Positions 38,153 to 50,924 are shown, counted from the stretch's first letter. The stretch: DNA of 64,000 nt from Lytechinus pictus (GCF_037042905.1 NC_087250.1:13828001-13892000), one strand, 5' to 3'. Made by a program: numbers and translations. The notes: generated by a model not told the origin, from the sequence alone.

Positions 38153-40642
38153 GTTGCTAAACCCATACATCCTGAGCAGTGTATTTAGGTCCAAATTCAC
38201 TGTTCAATACATTTATACCACAATGTTACCAAGTACATATATACAAGTACTTTTCCTCTCAATACAATTAAGTTTCTCTATAAAATTGTAGGATAATTTA
38301 TCATGTAATTTGTATTGATATATTGTACATGTATAATGTACACTGTATTTCAAGACTACACTGTAGCTATTCATAGCACACAGTGAATGAGAGGCAACAG
38401 ACAGTTCCATCGGTCCCTAAAACAGAGAATTAGCCTATAACTTTATTCGTACAAATGCTGTTTAAGATATGAGTACTTGTTAAACTCACTGTGCAACTGG
38501 ATTACACTCAACAGTGTTGTGTCATCCTTTCTGGGATCATTTACCAAAAAGGCTGTTTTAGCATTGTTATAACGAAATTAAAATTTCATTCAGTATTGAA
38601 AATTATTCGTACAAACTACAAAATGTCAAAAGTATTTTCATTTTCTTGATTTCTATATTATTACTATGATTTGGTTATTTGTTTTACAGTTTGCATCTAG
38701 TTAAATAGCACCGACAATATAATATAATATCATTATAATTATTATTTTTTTTTTTTTTATTTTTTTTTTTTTGGGGGGGTGATGTTACAATGTATGTAAA
38801 TCAAATCATCAAATTTCATATTTGTTTTGTTTTGTTTAATTTACGATTTTGTTAATTGTTATGAAAAGAAATGTTCTTTTACAATGTATTTCTTTGATTA
38901 TTTTTTTTTTAATGTTAATTTTTCTTTGATTGTAATCATTTATGTTTGGATTTGAAAATCAATAGAATATTTATTTTACAACTTACAAGATTTGAATAAT
39001 TAAAAAATTATAGTGTAAATTCATTGTACAAAATGCAAAAAAACATAGAATGGCAAGGCATACATGTAGCATATAAAATATCAATAAACATTGATTAAAA
39101 AAAATGAGGCAGTAAGAGAAATTAGGCATAGCTTGCCAGCTGTATTTGCTTTGAGATTGTGTGTACAATGTAGCATTTTTTTCTTGACATAGCAATTTAC
39201 ATGTAGTCCATAACAGCAGAACAAAAACATTTTCCCTCTTTTATCGTATGGAAGCAGCTTAGAAAATACATTATATGGGGACAGCAGACGGTTTGCCCCC
39301 AAATCACCCCTATGATTCCCAAAATGGCTTGCTTTGGGGGTCCATCTTGTTTTAGAGTCACCCCAAGATATGCCAAAAAACAATATTAAAGAACAAAGTT
39401 TAGAAAATCATTGATATTACAGGTATATGGCAGTAACCAGTAATGATTATATTTTTATTAACCCCATACTGTAATGTAATTAACCGTCTATAAGTTTGAG
39501 CATGAACTCACAATTGTTTTTTATCGGCTAATGATCTAAAAAAAATAAATGAGCTCCTTTTTTAAATGATTTTATATTCCCTTTACCACTTAAACATTAC
39601 ATTTTGATTTTCTTATTTCAGGCCTACATTTCGGTAATAAATTTTTGATTTATTACACAATTTCCTTGATTGATATACTGATCTACTTTCTATTGCTGTA
39701 TAATTTATTTCTACATTGCTGTATTATTGTTGGTCTTCCTTGATCTGTGTATAATGTGAAAACAGGGCATGTACATCCCTGTAAATATTTTGCTTGATCT
39801 ATTAGCTGCAATGATGCTGTGATATACATTTACTGTACATGTACATGTAGCTGCCAAATATTCCTATATTTGGAGCATTCCAATGTACAGCTATGGGAAA
39901 AGAAGATTATTATTCTATCCTGTTCCTATATTTTGTGAAAATGATATTTTGTACTTTTGTATTGAATAGGAAATTCAAAAATGATCCTATTTCATGGATT
40001 TTTGTAGTATTTAGTTCCCATTACTTGGCTGTTAGGGTTGGCAGTATATACATGTATATGCTGTTACATACAATAAACAGATGCATGTTTTCCATGCGTT
40101 GTTAGTAAACCTATATTGCTGTCATTAATTTCAATATTCCACATGTACTAAGAATCTTGCTATACAGTAGGATTGATCAGAAGTAAAGTCACATGATAAA
40201 GGGTAGTTTCCCCCATCAAACATCACTCGCATTGATGGATCTGGGGCCCGTTGCAGAAAAAGTTGCAATCAAACGCAACTCTAAAAATCATGTGCAACTT
40301 GATTTTCATCCAATCAACAGCGCGCATTTGGGACTTGCGATTGATTTTTTGACTTTCGTTTAAACGCAACTCTTTCTGCAACGGACCCCTGTTGTATTTT
40401 GCTGATCTTTTCAGCTTGTAACACATTGTGAATTAGTTTGAGTATGATCAAAATTATTAAAAGAGGTCATTGCCCCTCAATGTTTGTCCATCACCTCACC
40501 AACAGTGATTACTTGCTTTATCCCGTTTTCCTTCATCTATTGGCAATTTAATTCATTGATACACATTTGTTTTTATATTCCCGGTAATGAATTAATAGTC
40601 AGAAAACTGAGCACTTGCATGTATAAACATCTGTTTTATTAA

Positions 40643-41581
40643 GGACGTTCCACAGTTAAAATGAAATCCATGTCATTTTCACCAAACTTTGCACATAGAT
40701 ACTTTAGAAACTGAATATTCGAAATATGCAAAAATTAACATAGGTCCATGTGCTTGATTTTTTGCTATAGAGCTTCAAAGTTCACCCAACTGGATGTTCT
40801 TACGAATTGCGCATTCTAAAGAATTTGGCATTTTTAAACCTCGCAAGGTCACTACAATGAGTTTAAACCTCTATTACTCAGTCAAAAATACATGAAAAAG
40901 TAATCAAATTTCGCAAGAGAGTTAATAATTGTATCGTTAGAATGGAGAATCTATTTATAGTGCTATTCGTTTGCAATTTTAAGTCTAACAGCACTGTCAG
41001 TTCTTAAAAATGGCGTAAAACATAACAAAAACCCATTCTGAAACATGTGAAATTTCAATAACAAACTACAAAAGTACAATAAATGCTGCACTTTATTCAA
41101 AATCCATGTCATTTTCACCAAAATTTGCATAGTTGTAGAGGAAGGTATACCTAAGAGGTGCAAACGGTAAAAAATAGGGCTTCATGTGCTTGTTTTCAAA
41201 CTATCAGCATTTTCATTAGAGCAAATGTGCTTTTTAAAACACCAGAAATGCGCCAAATGCTTTGTATCTATGTGAAGAAAAAAATTAAAACCACTCTACC
41301 ATTTATTCAAACTCGGGGTCATATTCGTGATTTTTGGCAGCACTGCAGAGGAAAGTATTTTGAAATTGTAGAGATGTTTTTTAAAATGGTCCATGGAATA
41401 ATTAAATTTCTTTAGCTTCATAAAAAGAATGCATCGGATCTGCAGTTAGAGTGCAGATGATGAGAAAAATCTGTTCATACCCACAGCTAATTAATCACCT
41501 GTTCATCCATTGTGACGTCAGCGCGCAGAGTGTAAAATATGCGCAGATCATAATGCGCACAAACATAACTGTGGAACGTCC
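40643..41581. mobile_element. TTAA-flanked MITE
   Basis: TTAA|GGACGTTCCACAGTTA ... TAACTGTGGAACGTCC|TTAA. Confidence 0.85.
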
Positions 41582-41679
41582 TTAAATGCTTTATAGATCT
41601 ATATTATTAGTTAATATTCATATTTATAATTATTATATTTCCCACATTTAATTCATGTTTGTACATTTGTATCTTACAG

Positions 41680-41829
41680 CATCTGATTGTCTGTCAATAA
41701 TGGAAGCTGGAAGTGAATTAGTGAAAGTAAGATCTCCCTCGAGACAATACAATCGTTTCTTTGCTCTAAGTGAAGACAGGTCCGAGCTTCGATGGCATTC
41801 ATCTTCAAAGAAACCAGAAAAAGCAAGAA
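41680..41829 (+). CDS. PLCL2: PLCL exon 2 (PH domain N-half)
   Basis: TTACAG| ASDCLSIMEAGSELVKVRSPSRQYNRFFALSEDRSELRWHSSSKKPEKAR |GTAAGT; phase 1-1; PLC PH-domain signature. Confidence 0.92.
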
Positions 41830-42164
41830 GTAAGTCATGTCTTCTGTATTAAAAACATACGGTTTTGATGAGACTCCATTATTTTTCAAAAGGTCCCCAC
41901 CATCAAAAAATGGCAGCTTTCGAATTTGTAATGTTTTCGTGTATTTATTTATTTATTTATTTCTTTATGTATTTATTTACTTATTTATTCATTCATTTAT
42001 TTATTTGTTTGTTTGTTTATTAATTAATTAATTAATTAATTAATTTATTTATTTTATTAATTATTTATTTATTTTTTTTTTTTTTTGGGGGGGGGACCAA
42101 AACAGTTTTTATTAAAAATAAACTACTCTCCCCAAGTCTAATTATAATTACTAATATTAAAATT

Positions 42165-42421
42165 GATAGGTTTATTAAGCACTTTTTGCCTGAGGATACC
42201 AAGCGTTGCTATTATTACCCTGGCTTTAGCTGTGCTCTTATTTATGCATTAAAGCATACAAGGAATTTCTTCCCACCGGGTACCCATTCACCTCACCTGG
42301 GTTGAGTGCAGCACAATGTAGGTAAGTTTCTTGCTGAAAGAAAACACGCTCTGGCTGGGATATGAACCCACGTCCCTCAGATTGAAAGACGAGAGTCATA
42401 AGCCACCTGACCACGACGCCC
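42165..42421 (-). mobile_element. tRNA-derived SINE
   Basis: Minus strand tRNA-like head with A-box/B-box-like motifs (TGGTCAGGTGG; GGTTCATATCC) followed by a non-tRNA body; second copy at 49470-49598. Confidence 0.75.
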
Positions 42422-42545
42422 TCATATTATCAGTATTATCATTTTGATTTTCATTATTATTACGATTATTTTCATATTTATTATCATCATCACTATTAAA
42501 ATCAAATTAATCTAATGAATTTATTTTATTCTGTCTTCATTTCAG

Positions 42546-42752
42546 TTTCTGTTGAGAGTATAAAGGAAGTACGACTGGGGAAGACGACCGAGATGTTCAG
42601 GTCTCAAAACATGGCCATGGATTTCCCTGAAGATTGCGCGTTTTCTGTGATATTTGGTGAATCTTACGAGACTCTGGATCTGGTAGCTGCCACACCAGAC
42701 GAAGCCAATATATGGGTGACTGGTTTGTCTTATCTTATAGGAGGAAACACAA
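42546..42752 (+). CDS. PLCL2: PLCL exon 3 (PH domain C-half)
   Basis: TTTCAG| ISVESIKEVRLGKTTEMFRS...EDCAFSVIFGESYETLDLVAATPDEANIWVTGLSYLI |GTAAGT; phase 1-1. Confidence 0.93.
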
Positions 42753-43094
42753 GTAAGTATCTGCTATTGAGTCACTATCATAAAATGGTGATTTGGATCC
42801 TTATCAAATGATATATGCTGAACCAGCCATTTATTTTAGCTACATGTATAAACAGTATACAAATAGGGAATAGGCATGAGTTTGATGGTACAAGGTTGAA
42901 TAGAGTGTCTCTTTCTTTCACCGAATGCGAAAGGTTGCACCATTGCACAATAAGAATACATTCGCTATATGTTTTGTACAATGTCTTGGAAAATCAAACA
43001 ATAGTTGATTTTTTTTTCCAAGTTTTGTCTATGAAAATGAGAAAAAATTATTCAAAGCAAAATGCAAAATCCCACATATATGTACGCGCATCTG

Positions 43095-44022
43095 GGGCCC
43101 GTCTTACAAAGAGTTGCAATTGATCCGATCAATCGCAACTATGGACGGCCAGGAACATCAACATCTATTAAGCAATGTTTGTTCAAAAAATTACTATGAT
43201 TTCTATTCATGCATTCATTGTTTTCTTGAAAACTCACTGTGCCTCTCTGTGTTTACCAAGGACATTGTGCAAATTTCCTGTAGAAAAAATTATGACACTG
43301 ATGGATTTCCATAGAGTTAAGATTGATTGGATCAATCGTAACTCTTTGTAAAGGCGACCGCACACCTTACGACTGGTCTGCGACCCGATTTTGGAACAAA
43401 TCGCATTTTGCTCATTTTTTGAAGATGTGAATGGAACATATCATTTTATTTGAGGTTAAGATTAATTGAAATAATAATATTATAACCATTTTGAAAGATT
43501 GCAAGCCCTTATTTTGGAGTAAAGTCCAAATTAGTTTCAAATCGTAGCCAATCGTACGACTGCTATGACGTCATTACGACTAGATATCAAATTTGCTTTT
43601 ATTCTAAGAAGGATGATAGCATAGTCACAAATTTGATCATAGGTATTCGTACGATGATTTAGAACATTACACAGTAAGATATTCCAAGTCTTAATATTAG
43701 CATCAAATACTACTACATTTTATTCTGAAATCGGGTCGCAGACCAGTCGTAAGGTGTGCGGTCGCCTTAAGATGGGGCCCAGGGGCCCGTCTTACAAAGA
43801 GTTGCGATTGATCCGATCAATAGCAACTATGGACGGCCAGCAAAGTAAATGCATGCTTGTTAAAAAAAAATTCTAGATATGAATGTATATCCATAAATCA
43901 ATTGATTTCTTGACAATTTGTTGTGTTCTCCTTTGTTTACAAAGGACATTTTTCAAATTTTATTTAGAAAAAATTATGACATTGATGGATTTCCATAGAG
44001 TAACTCTTTGTAAGATGGGGCC
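43095..44022. mobile_element. Two stacked CWG-target Harbinger-like MITEs; the first contains a TAA-TSD MITE (43352-43767)
   Basis: CTG|GGGCCCGTCTTACAAAGAG...|CAG|GGGCCCGTCTTAC...|CAG; inner TIR AGGCGACCGCACACCTTACGACTGGTCTGCGACCCGATT. Confidence 0.8.
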
Positions 44023-44606
44023 CAGATCTGCAACAATTTTAATACCAAGCATGGTTTAGTATACATTATGACGTCAGGACGGTGCAACGGTACAATCTTT
44101 ATGGTACATGTACCTGTGCAACGGTGTGAATGTCTGATGCTCAGCCTCTCATTGGCTTGTGTATGTTCAACAAGCTTGGTACAGGCATTTATAAAAAAAA
44201 TTTACCAATGACTGACCTGTAATTATTGACCAGTCATTGGGTTTGAGGTTAGGGCGGGGTGTCAAATAACACTGATCCACTGATACACATAATTTTTCTT
44301 TGGCAATAATTTTTACTCTTTACCTTTGAAAATGTCCAAACGTTTGGTGGTGTTAAAAGTGTGCCAAAAGTACCTTGTGCATGTAATTCTCACTAATGAT
44401 TTACACTATTGTTAATTGATCAGTTGTGTGTTCTTTCCAAACCTATTTTGAAATACATGTAGAATCCTTACATTGTGATTTGGAAGCACTGCTGGTAGCT
44501 AGTTGTCCAAGTTCTTAATACTGACTTTCCATATTTCCAACTGATTGAAATTAAGTATTGCATTTTTAAATAAATTTCCTCCTTATTTCACTTTCATTCA
44601 TTTCAG

Positions 44607-44646
44607 CACCAGAAGCTATAGAAAGGAATCAAGAATTACGAGATTC
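44607..44646 (+). CDS. PLCL2: PLCL exon 4 (40-bp exon followed by a U12 donor)
   Basis: TTTCAG| (T)PEAIERNQELRD(S) |ATATCCTTTT; the phases bridge exon 3 and the exon at 48020 exactly. Confidence 0.85.
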
Positions 44647-44926
44647 ATATCCTTTTCATTTTCATCATTGTTTCATGTAGGTGTATTTGTATCACATATT
44701 ATTGACATACAGTGTTTATTTATATTCAGTCCAGATTTTCTGCCTTTAGGGACGGAGGGGGCGGGGGCGGGGGCGGGGGAGGGGTGGGAGCTTGTGGTTC
44801 CATTTGTGGTGCTGCTCTTGAATAGATGATTGATTTGATTATCAGAGTGATGATTAAGATGTGAAAAATGACATTAATTTTCTTGACTGTATGCAGATTC
44901 TTTCATAATGGTGAGAGATACATCAG

Positions 44927-45243
44927 GGGCCTGTTTCATTAGGAGTTACAACTTGTAACTTTGCCATTATGGCAACTACCATGGCAACAGGTCTCAGCAG
45001 CCAATCATAATCACAGTTACCATGTTAGTTGCCATAATGAATGGCAAATTTACAACAGTTGCAACTCATTGTGAAACAGGCCCCAGGGCTCCGTAACACA
45101 AAGGTTTACGATGGATTGCAAATATGAAAGAACCGTACTCATTGGCTCCCAGTCAGTATTTTAAACATAGTGCGCATGCAATGATGATCTTGATTGGTCA
45201 TTGGTATTTAGCGATTAATTGCAAACCTTTGTGTTACGGAGCC
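44927..45243. mobile_element. Two different small MITEs sharing CAG TSDs
   Basis: CAG|GGGCCTGTTTCA..TGAAACAGGCCC|CAG|GGCTCCGTAACACAAAGG..CCTTTGTGTTACGGAGCC|CAG. Confidence 0.8.
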
Positions 45244-46442
45244 CAGGTGTGTTTTTGAAGCGCCCCCTGCCCTAGTCTGGTGTGTGAACCCTTCGCTCCA
45301 GTTAGGAGTCTGAATGTGCAGCCTACTCATGCCTTGTGTACTGATGGCTCTCTCGCTCAATTGAAACAGCAATTTTCAAATGTGCTAGTCTTTGTGTGGA
45401 AACCCACTTGTTGATCAAATTTTTAATCAGGGTCTGTGCCTGCCCCACCTTATAGGACACTCGCTCATTGCTGGCAATGGTGTTGACACCAACACCATCA
45501 CTATTTATAGCAACACCGTGCTGCTATAAACTATTATTTATTACTTTATAGCAGCACAGTGTTGCTATAAAGTATTAAATAGTGATGGTGTTGGGTGTTT
45601 GTGGTGGTGTTTCTGTTAATAGAGAGGGCTATCATTGGTGTTTCTGTTAATAGTGTTAATAGTGATGGTGTTGGTGTCAGTGTTTGTGTTTAAAAGACAT
45701 GATCACAGTTTGACAGCCGAATGACCAAGTTTGGCATTAATAATGATTGTGATTATTTTCTTGCATGATTGACATCTATGTGTTTGATGATGCACCCTTG
45801 ATGAGAAGGTCAATTAATCTCACATGTTGGGAAATATGTTTTTTAAGCCCTCTGTACCCCATATTTTGCTGCCTAATTGGATTATTAATATGGTGATAAT
45901 GTTGTTGTGAATAATGATAATCATGCCTTTAATTTGGTATCTCACATTGATCCCCACCTTTCATTACATGTACACATGAATGTACATACATGTAGATTAT
46001 CATTATGACATACCATGCCTGGCAACTGTCAATGTTTAAATAGGGACAGTCCCAAATTTTTGTAGAAAGAGAGAGAGAGAGTCACTTAAACCACAGTGTA
46101 CGTGTCCTGGTGAAAAATCTGTAGACCTGAACTATATCAATAGGAACCCCCGGCAAAAGTCCTGATTTTCAGCCATTGTCTTCCCGTATGCCCCATTTTC
46201 TCAAGTTTCAGGGTTGGCAGGTACATGTATGTTATGGTGATAATGATATTGATTTCCTTTATGATTTCATTATTTAATCATGGTTGATGTTAGATAAATC
46301 AGTGGGTAATGTATGGTGATGAAGATGATGATTCTTTAATCAATTACATGTACATGTATCTCACTTGGTTGGAATGTATATGCATGTTTAATACAGGTAC
46401 AGGTGATCATGGTCATGATGTTGATTTCCTTGACTCGATTAA

Positions 46443-46951
46443 AGGGGAAGTTCACCCTGACAAAAACTTTGTAAAAATAACAGAAAAAATAATGAAAAAT
46501 ATTGGTAAAGGTTTGAGGAAAATGCATAAATGATGAAAGAGAGATATTAGAATTTCAAGTTTTTTATTTGTGATGTCATAAACAACCAGAGCTCTGCCCC
46601 ATATGTTACATGTACAGTACGTAATATAAAATGCATAAATTTCATTTTTTTAATGGTTCGTAATGACTTATTTTTTATTTTCTTTTAAGGAGCGGGTGGG
46701 AAATTATTTTTCTATTGATATACTGAATGTACAATTCAAACCATTTTCAATTTTCAGAGAAAATGGCATTTCATTGATTTTTTACCATTCGATATGTAAG
46801 CTGCTCGCATATGACGTCACAAATTGAATAATTAAAATGTTAATAACTTTTTTATTCTTTGATGGATTTTCCTCAAACCTCGCCAATATTTTTAAATTAT
46901 TTTTTCTGCTATTTTTGAAATAAACTTTCTCAGTCAGGGTGAACTTCCTCT
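46443..46951. mobile_element. Kolobok-like TTAA MITE
   Basis: TTAA|AGGGGAAGTTCACCCTGAC ... GTCAGGGTGAACTTCCTCT|TTAA. Confidence 0.85.
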
Positions 46952-47186
46952 TTAAACTCACATGGTTGAGAAATGTTTAATAATGCACCCTTGATGAGAT
47001 GATGATAATGATGATGATATTAATTTCCTTGACTTTAGTTACCAATCTCACATGGTTGAGATATGTTTAATAATGCACCCTTGATAAGATGATGATGATA
47101 GTGATGTTGATATTGGTGGTGGTGGTGATGATGTTATTGTTGTTGATGATGATGGTATTAGTTTACTTGACTTTTTTAATAGTTAA

Positions 47187-47757
47187 AGTGATCATTTCAC
47201 TTTGTTCTGATTTAAAAAATTCTCCTTTTGGTTCCTGAAAATGGGCTAAACATTAGGCTTATAGTGTAAAAATACCATCCCAAAAGTTTCAAAGTATTAT
47301 ATTTACAGGATCAATTTAAAAACCTAGGAGATGTAAACCAAAGTTTGAAATAATTGGGAGTTGGTTTCAATGACTATATGTATACAGGGATTCTGTGCAC
47401 CACAACACATTAATTCTAGATGAAAACAGCATTACCTACATACAGTGTGTACAAGGTATACACTGAATATACAGTGCAGCTAATAGTGTGTGTATAGGAG
47501 ATACACACAACAGAATGCAGTCAAAATAGCCAACGGACTTTTTGAATTGGAGAAAACTGGTCATAAGCTGAACCCGTCTACTAGACGGTTCTCAAAATCA
47601 GGCTAATAAATTGCTACTTGTATCTAAATTAGAGTTTTTCATCCTATATTGTGGTCTGTTTCAGGGTTTTTGAGGACAAATACAGGCACTCATACGCACG
47701 TTTCAACTCAGTTTGAGAAATTTTTAAATCAGCTGCTCACAAAGTTAAACGATCCCT
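47187..47757. mobile_element. Kolobok-like TTAA MITE (different family; relatives at ~18600-19150 and 61221-61601)
   Basis: TTAA|AGTGATCATTTCACTTTG ... CAAAGTTAAACGATCCCT|TTAA. Confidence 0.8.
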
Positions 47758-48019
47758 TTAAATCTCACATGGTTGGGAGATATGTTTAACAAAGCAGCTG
47801 GTGATTTGATGATATTGATATGAATGTGATGATGATGATAATGTTGGTGATATTGATTTCTTTGACTTCAGGAGTTAAATCTCACATGGTTGAGAGATAC
47901 ATGTATGTTCAACAAAGCAGCGGGTGATTTGATGATATTGATATGAATGTGATGATGATTATGTTGATGATGATGATAATGATGATTATATTAATTTCCT
48001 TGACTCAATTAAATCTCAC

Positions 48020-48149
48020 ATGGTTGAGAGATATGTTTAACAAAGCAGCTGGTGATTCATTAGGTCAGTTGGATGAATGTGAAGTTATGCAGCTCATGAA
48101 GAAACTTAACAATGGTGTCGCCTCAACTCGGATTAGACACAAGTTTAGG
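48020..48149 (+). CDS. PLCL2: PLCL exon 5 (first EF-hand-like region); no further exon recognised in the window
   Basis: WLRDMFNKAAGDSLGQLDECEVMQLMKKLNNGVASTRIRHKFR |GTAAGT; matches the PLC EF-hand start (W...F...). Confidence 0.88.
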
Positions 48150-49469
48150 GTAAGTCCTTATCTTATCAATGATATAATATTGCCAAGTAGTACTGATTTT
48201 CAGTTATCAGTACTGAAATTGAAACAAAATATTGCTTGTTTCATTAAAAATAATGATTTCTGAAGTTTTTTAATTCATGTGTTTTGTGGTATTTATTTGA
48301 AAATACTGATTTCCTCACCAAAATACTGATATTCAGCTTTTGAAATACTGAAATGTTCTTGTGCAGTTTGGCATCTCTGCAATATCCCCTATTCACAGTT
48401 GTTACTGCACATGAGCAGTAAAAGGTCATTCAAGGTAAACAAAATGGTCTTCAAATTCACTGATGCATCCATGATTGGATGATTATTCATGTAGGCCTAT
48501 ACTATGCTTTTCACACTGTAGTACAGAACGTTCATGAGGTAAAGCTTAGCCCACTTTGGTTTCACACTAGGTTTTTAAAGTGGACTAGCAATATATTGGT
48601 ACGGTACTATCTGTCTTGCCCTGCTAAAAAGCAGGGTTAGCCGGCTTATTGCGGTGCTAAGAACCGCAGTGTGAAACCAAACCGGGCTTAGGAAAAGTGG
48701 GGCTAAGCATTAGCCAATTACAGAAGTGGAAATTGCATGTTAATCATGCTCTGTGTTGCAAAATCATCAATATTCATGAGCTGTGCGACAGTCAGGGGTT
48801 AAGTGCTCGGATGTGTGATACAGGTATATTTTTAGCCCGGAGCATCCCTTTATTAAAAAGTGATCATACAGATATCATACAATGTCCCTGCACTGATACG
48901 GTATGCTCTATCATGGGATCAAATTGAATTCCAGTCTAGTGTAGAAAGCCTGGTAAAATAGAACTTATACATGTAGTTTTGGGGGCCATGAGGCCGTTCT
49001 CATTATGCTTTCTAAAACTAGTTTACTGGAATCCGATTCAAAAAACCAATTTGGAAGATCGCTTTGCTAGCGTTCCCACTTGATCATACGAAAGTGGTTT
49101 TCAAAATCATTTCACGATCTTGTTGCTTGTTGCTAACTCCCAATGCACCGCATGTACCATGTACAGATATACTTGAAATATCAGTGGTTAGTGAAATCTT
49201 GTGTCATACAGTCAGACCAGTATTCAACGTTAGTACCAGTATATTTCAGCATGGGTTTGCATTGGAAATTTTATACCTCTTGAAATTAAAGGGAAACATA
49301 TCCCCAAGCTCAATCTCGTAATTGGTCTAGGCTTTATAACAGATTCCAGGTCAAGGTCTCTGTCTATATCTTGGGCACATTTCAATATGCACAAATGATG
49401 AACAAATAAAAAGGGACATCTTTAATACGTACATTCAAGATGCGGATGGAAAATATGCAGGGGCGTGGG

Positions 49470-49598
49470 TTGACCTGGGTCAAGTGCAGCACAATTTAAG
49501 TAAATTCCTTGCTGGAGGAAAATACGCCATGGCTGGGATGCGAACCCACGTCCCTTGATTGAAAGACAAGAGTCATAACCACTAGACCACAACGCCCC
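49470..49598 (-). mobile_element. tRNA-derived SINE, partial
   Basis: GGGGCGTTGTGGTCTAGTGGTTATGACTCTTGTCTTTCAATCAAGGGACGTGGGTTCGCATCCC, then the same body as the 42.2-kb copy. Confidence 0.75.
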
Positions 49599-50728
49599 CA
49601 CACAACATTGACTGAAGTGATTTCATCCCATAGATTTGAACAAAACAACAGACTCGCAGTAGTAGATGAGAATTTGACATACATAGGATTTTAAATTCAA
49701 TGTACATGTACATTGTATGCAGCAGGCTTCACTACTCAGCATCCCACAATGTACTTTGAAGTCCCCATTTCATGTAGGCCCATAATATGTAGGAATGGGC
49801 AATTAAAAGCCAGTATAATGTACCTGCTCATATATTTTGCATACTATGCCAATTATTTCTATCGCAGAATTTACATGTATGTTTCAGGGGCAAATAAAAG
49901 TATGATTTCATTTGTTTTTAGGGAAGCGGCTTTTATTCAATGAACATAATTGGACACAGGTACATGTACGGCTTTTATACAGATTGGCCCAAAATTTAGT
50001 TTGTGCCACACAAATAGCGGATTAGGGTCCTGGGGTCAGAAAATTGCAATTTTGGGGTATTTTCAATTTGTAAGCTGTTCTGTTGATTTTGTGTGATTGT
50101 TTACATTTTCAATAGGGTCACGGCAAGGTAGAATATGTATTAGGACGACAGGCGATTTTGCCCTCATGAATGCCAAAATCACCCCTAAAATTAAAAAGAA
50201 AGAATGTTTTTGGGGACCATCTTTTCTAGGAGGAATTAATCATTGTATCACTTGACAATGAGGAGAAAATAAGAATATTTCATGTTTCATATAATAAAAT
50301 ACAAGAGAAATAGTGAGTGGATGACGTCATCAGCTTCCTCATTTGCATACCGATCAGGATGTGCATACATGTATATAACTGTTTTGTGAAATTAAGCGAA
50401 ATTTTAAAATGTCATAACTTTTTTATTTTACATCTGATTTCGACGAAATTTTCAGTGTTATGCTTGTTGGATTTTTCTCTTTTTTATTCAAATCAACTTT
50501 CTGTTGAGGTGGACTTGTCCTTTAAGGTAGATTCCATATTTCTATATATTTGAGGAAACTCTCCAAACGGGTTGAATACTAGTGCCCTTACGGTATTTTT
50601 ATTAAACTGTCTTGAACTTGAATATGAAGCAAACAACTGTACTATGTACGGGGAAAATGCTATCCACAATGTTTGTGTATTGGTAAATTGAATGGAGTTC
50701 AACCTTGCCTTTAATCATGAATGTAATA

Positions 50729-50924
50729 GTCTGCAGGCACAGACCTTTGGTTTTCATGCAATATGCATAGTGCATAATTTAGAGTCTGAAGTAGTGAGAC
50801 TAGATTCACTATGTACTGTGGCTGGCTCTGCAGATACACTACAGACAAAGCCATTGGCGTCTAGTCTTCACTCTAGACCTATTATTGGTTTAAAGAGTCA
50901 AATATGAGTCTGTGCCTGTAGACT
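50729..50924. mobile_element. MITE family GTCTGCAGGCACAGAC; other copies/fragments at ~62689-63173, 63206-63330, 54945-54995
   Basis: Terminal inverted GTCTGCAGGCACAGAC / GTCTGTGCCTGTAGAC flanked by TA. Confidence 0.7.

Larger units (their letters stand above)
44647..48019 (+). other. U12-type (minor spliceosome) AT-AC intron
   Basis: 5' ATATCCTTT, branch point TTCCTTGAC at 47996-48004, 3' end ...TCTCAC; splicing gives TC|A TGG = Ser-Trp in frame. Confidence 0.88.

Noticed and set aside
47943..48019. Met-rich N-terminal extension of the exon-5 ORF, or a GT-AG acceptor for exon 5
   Set aside because: It is (GAT)n intron sequence; no suitable AG precedes the conserved Trp, while the AT-AC solution fits exactly.
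49520..49598. Possible tRNA-Glu gene (also ~42350-42421)
   Set aside because: Degenerate cloverleaf that continues into a shared SINE body in both copies.
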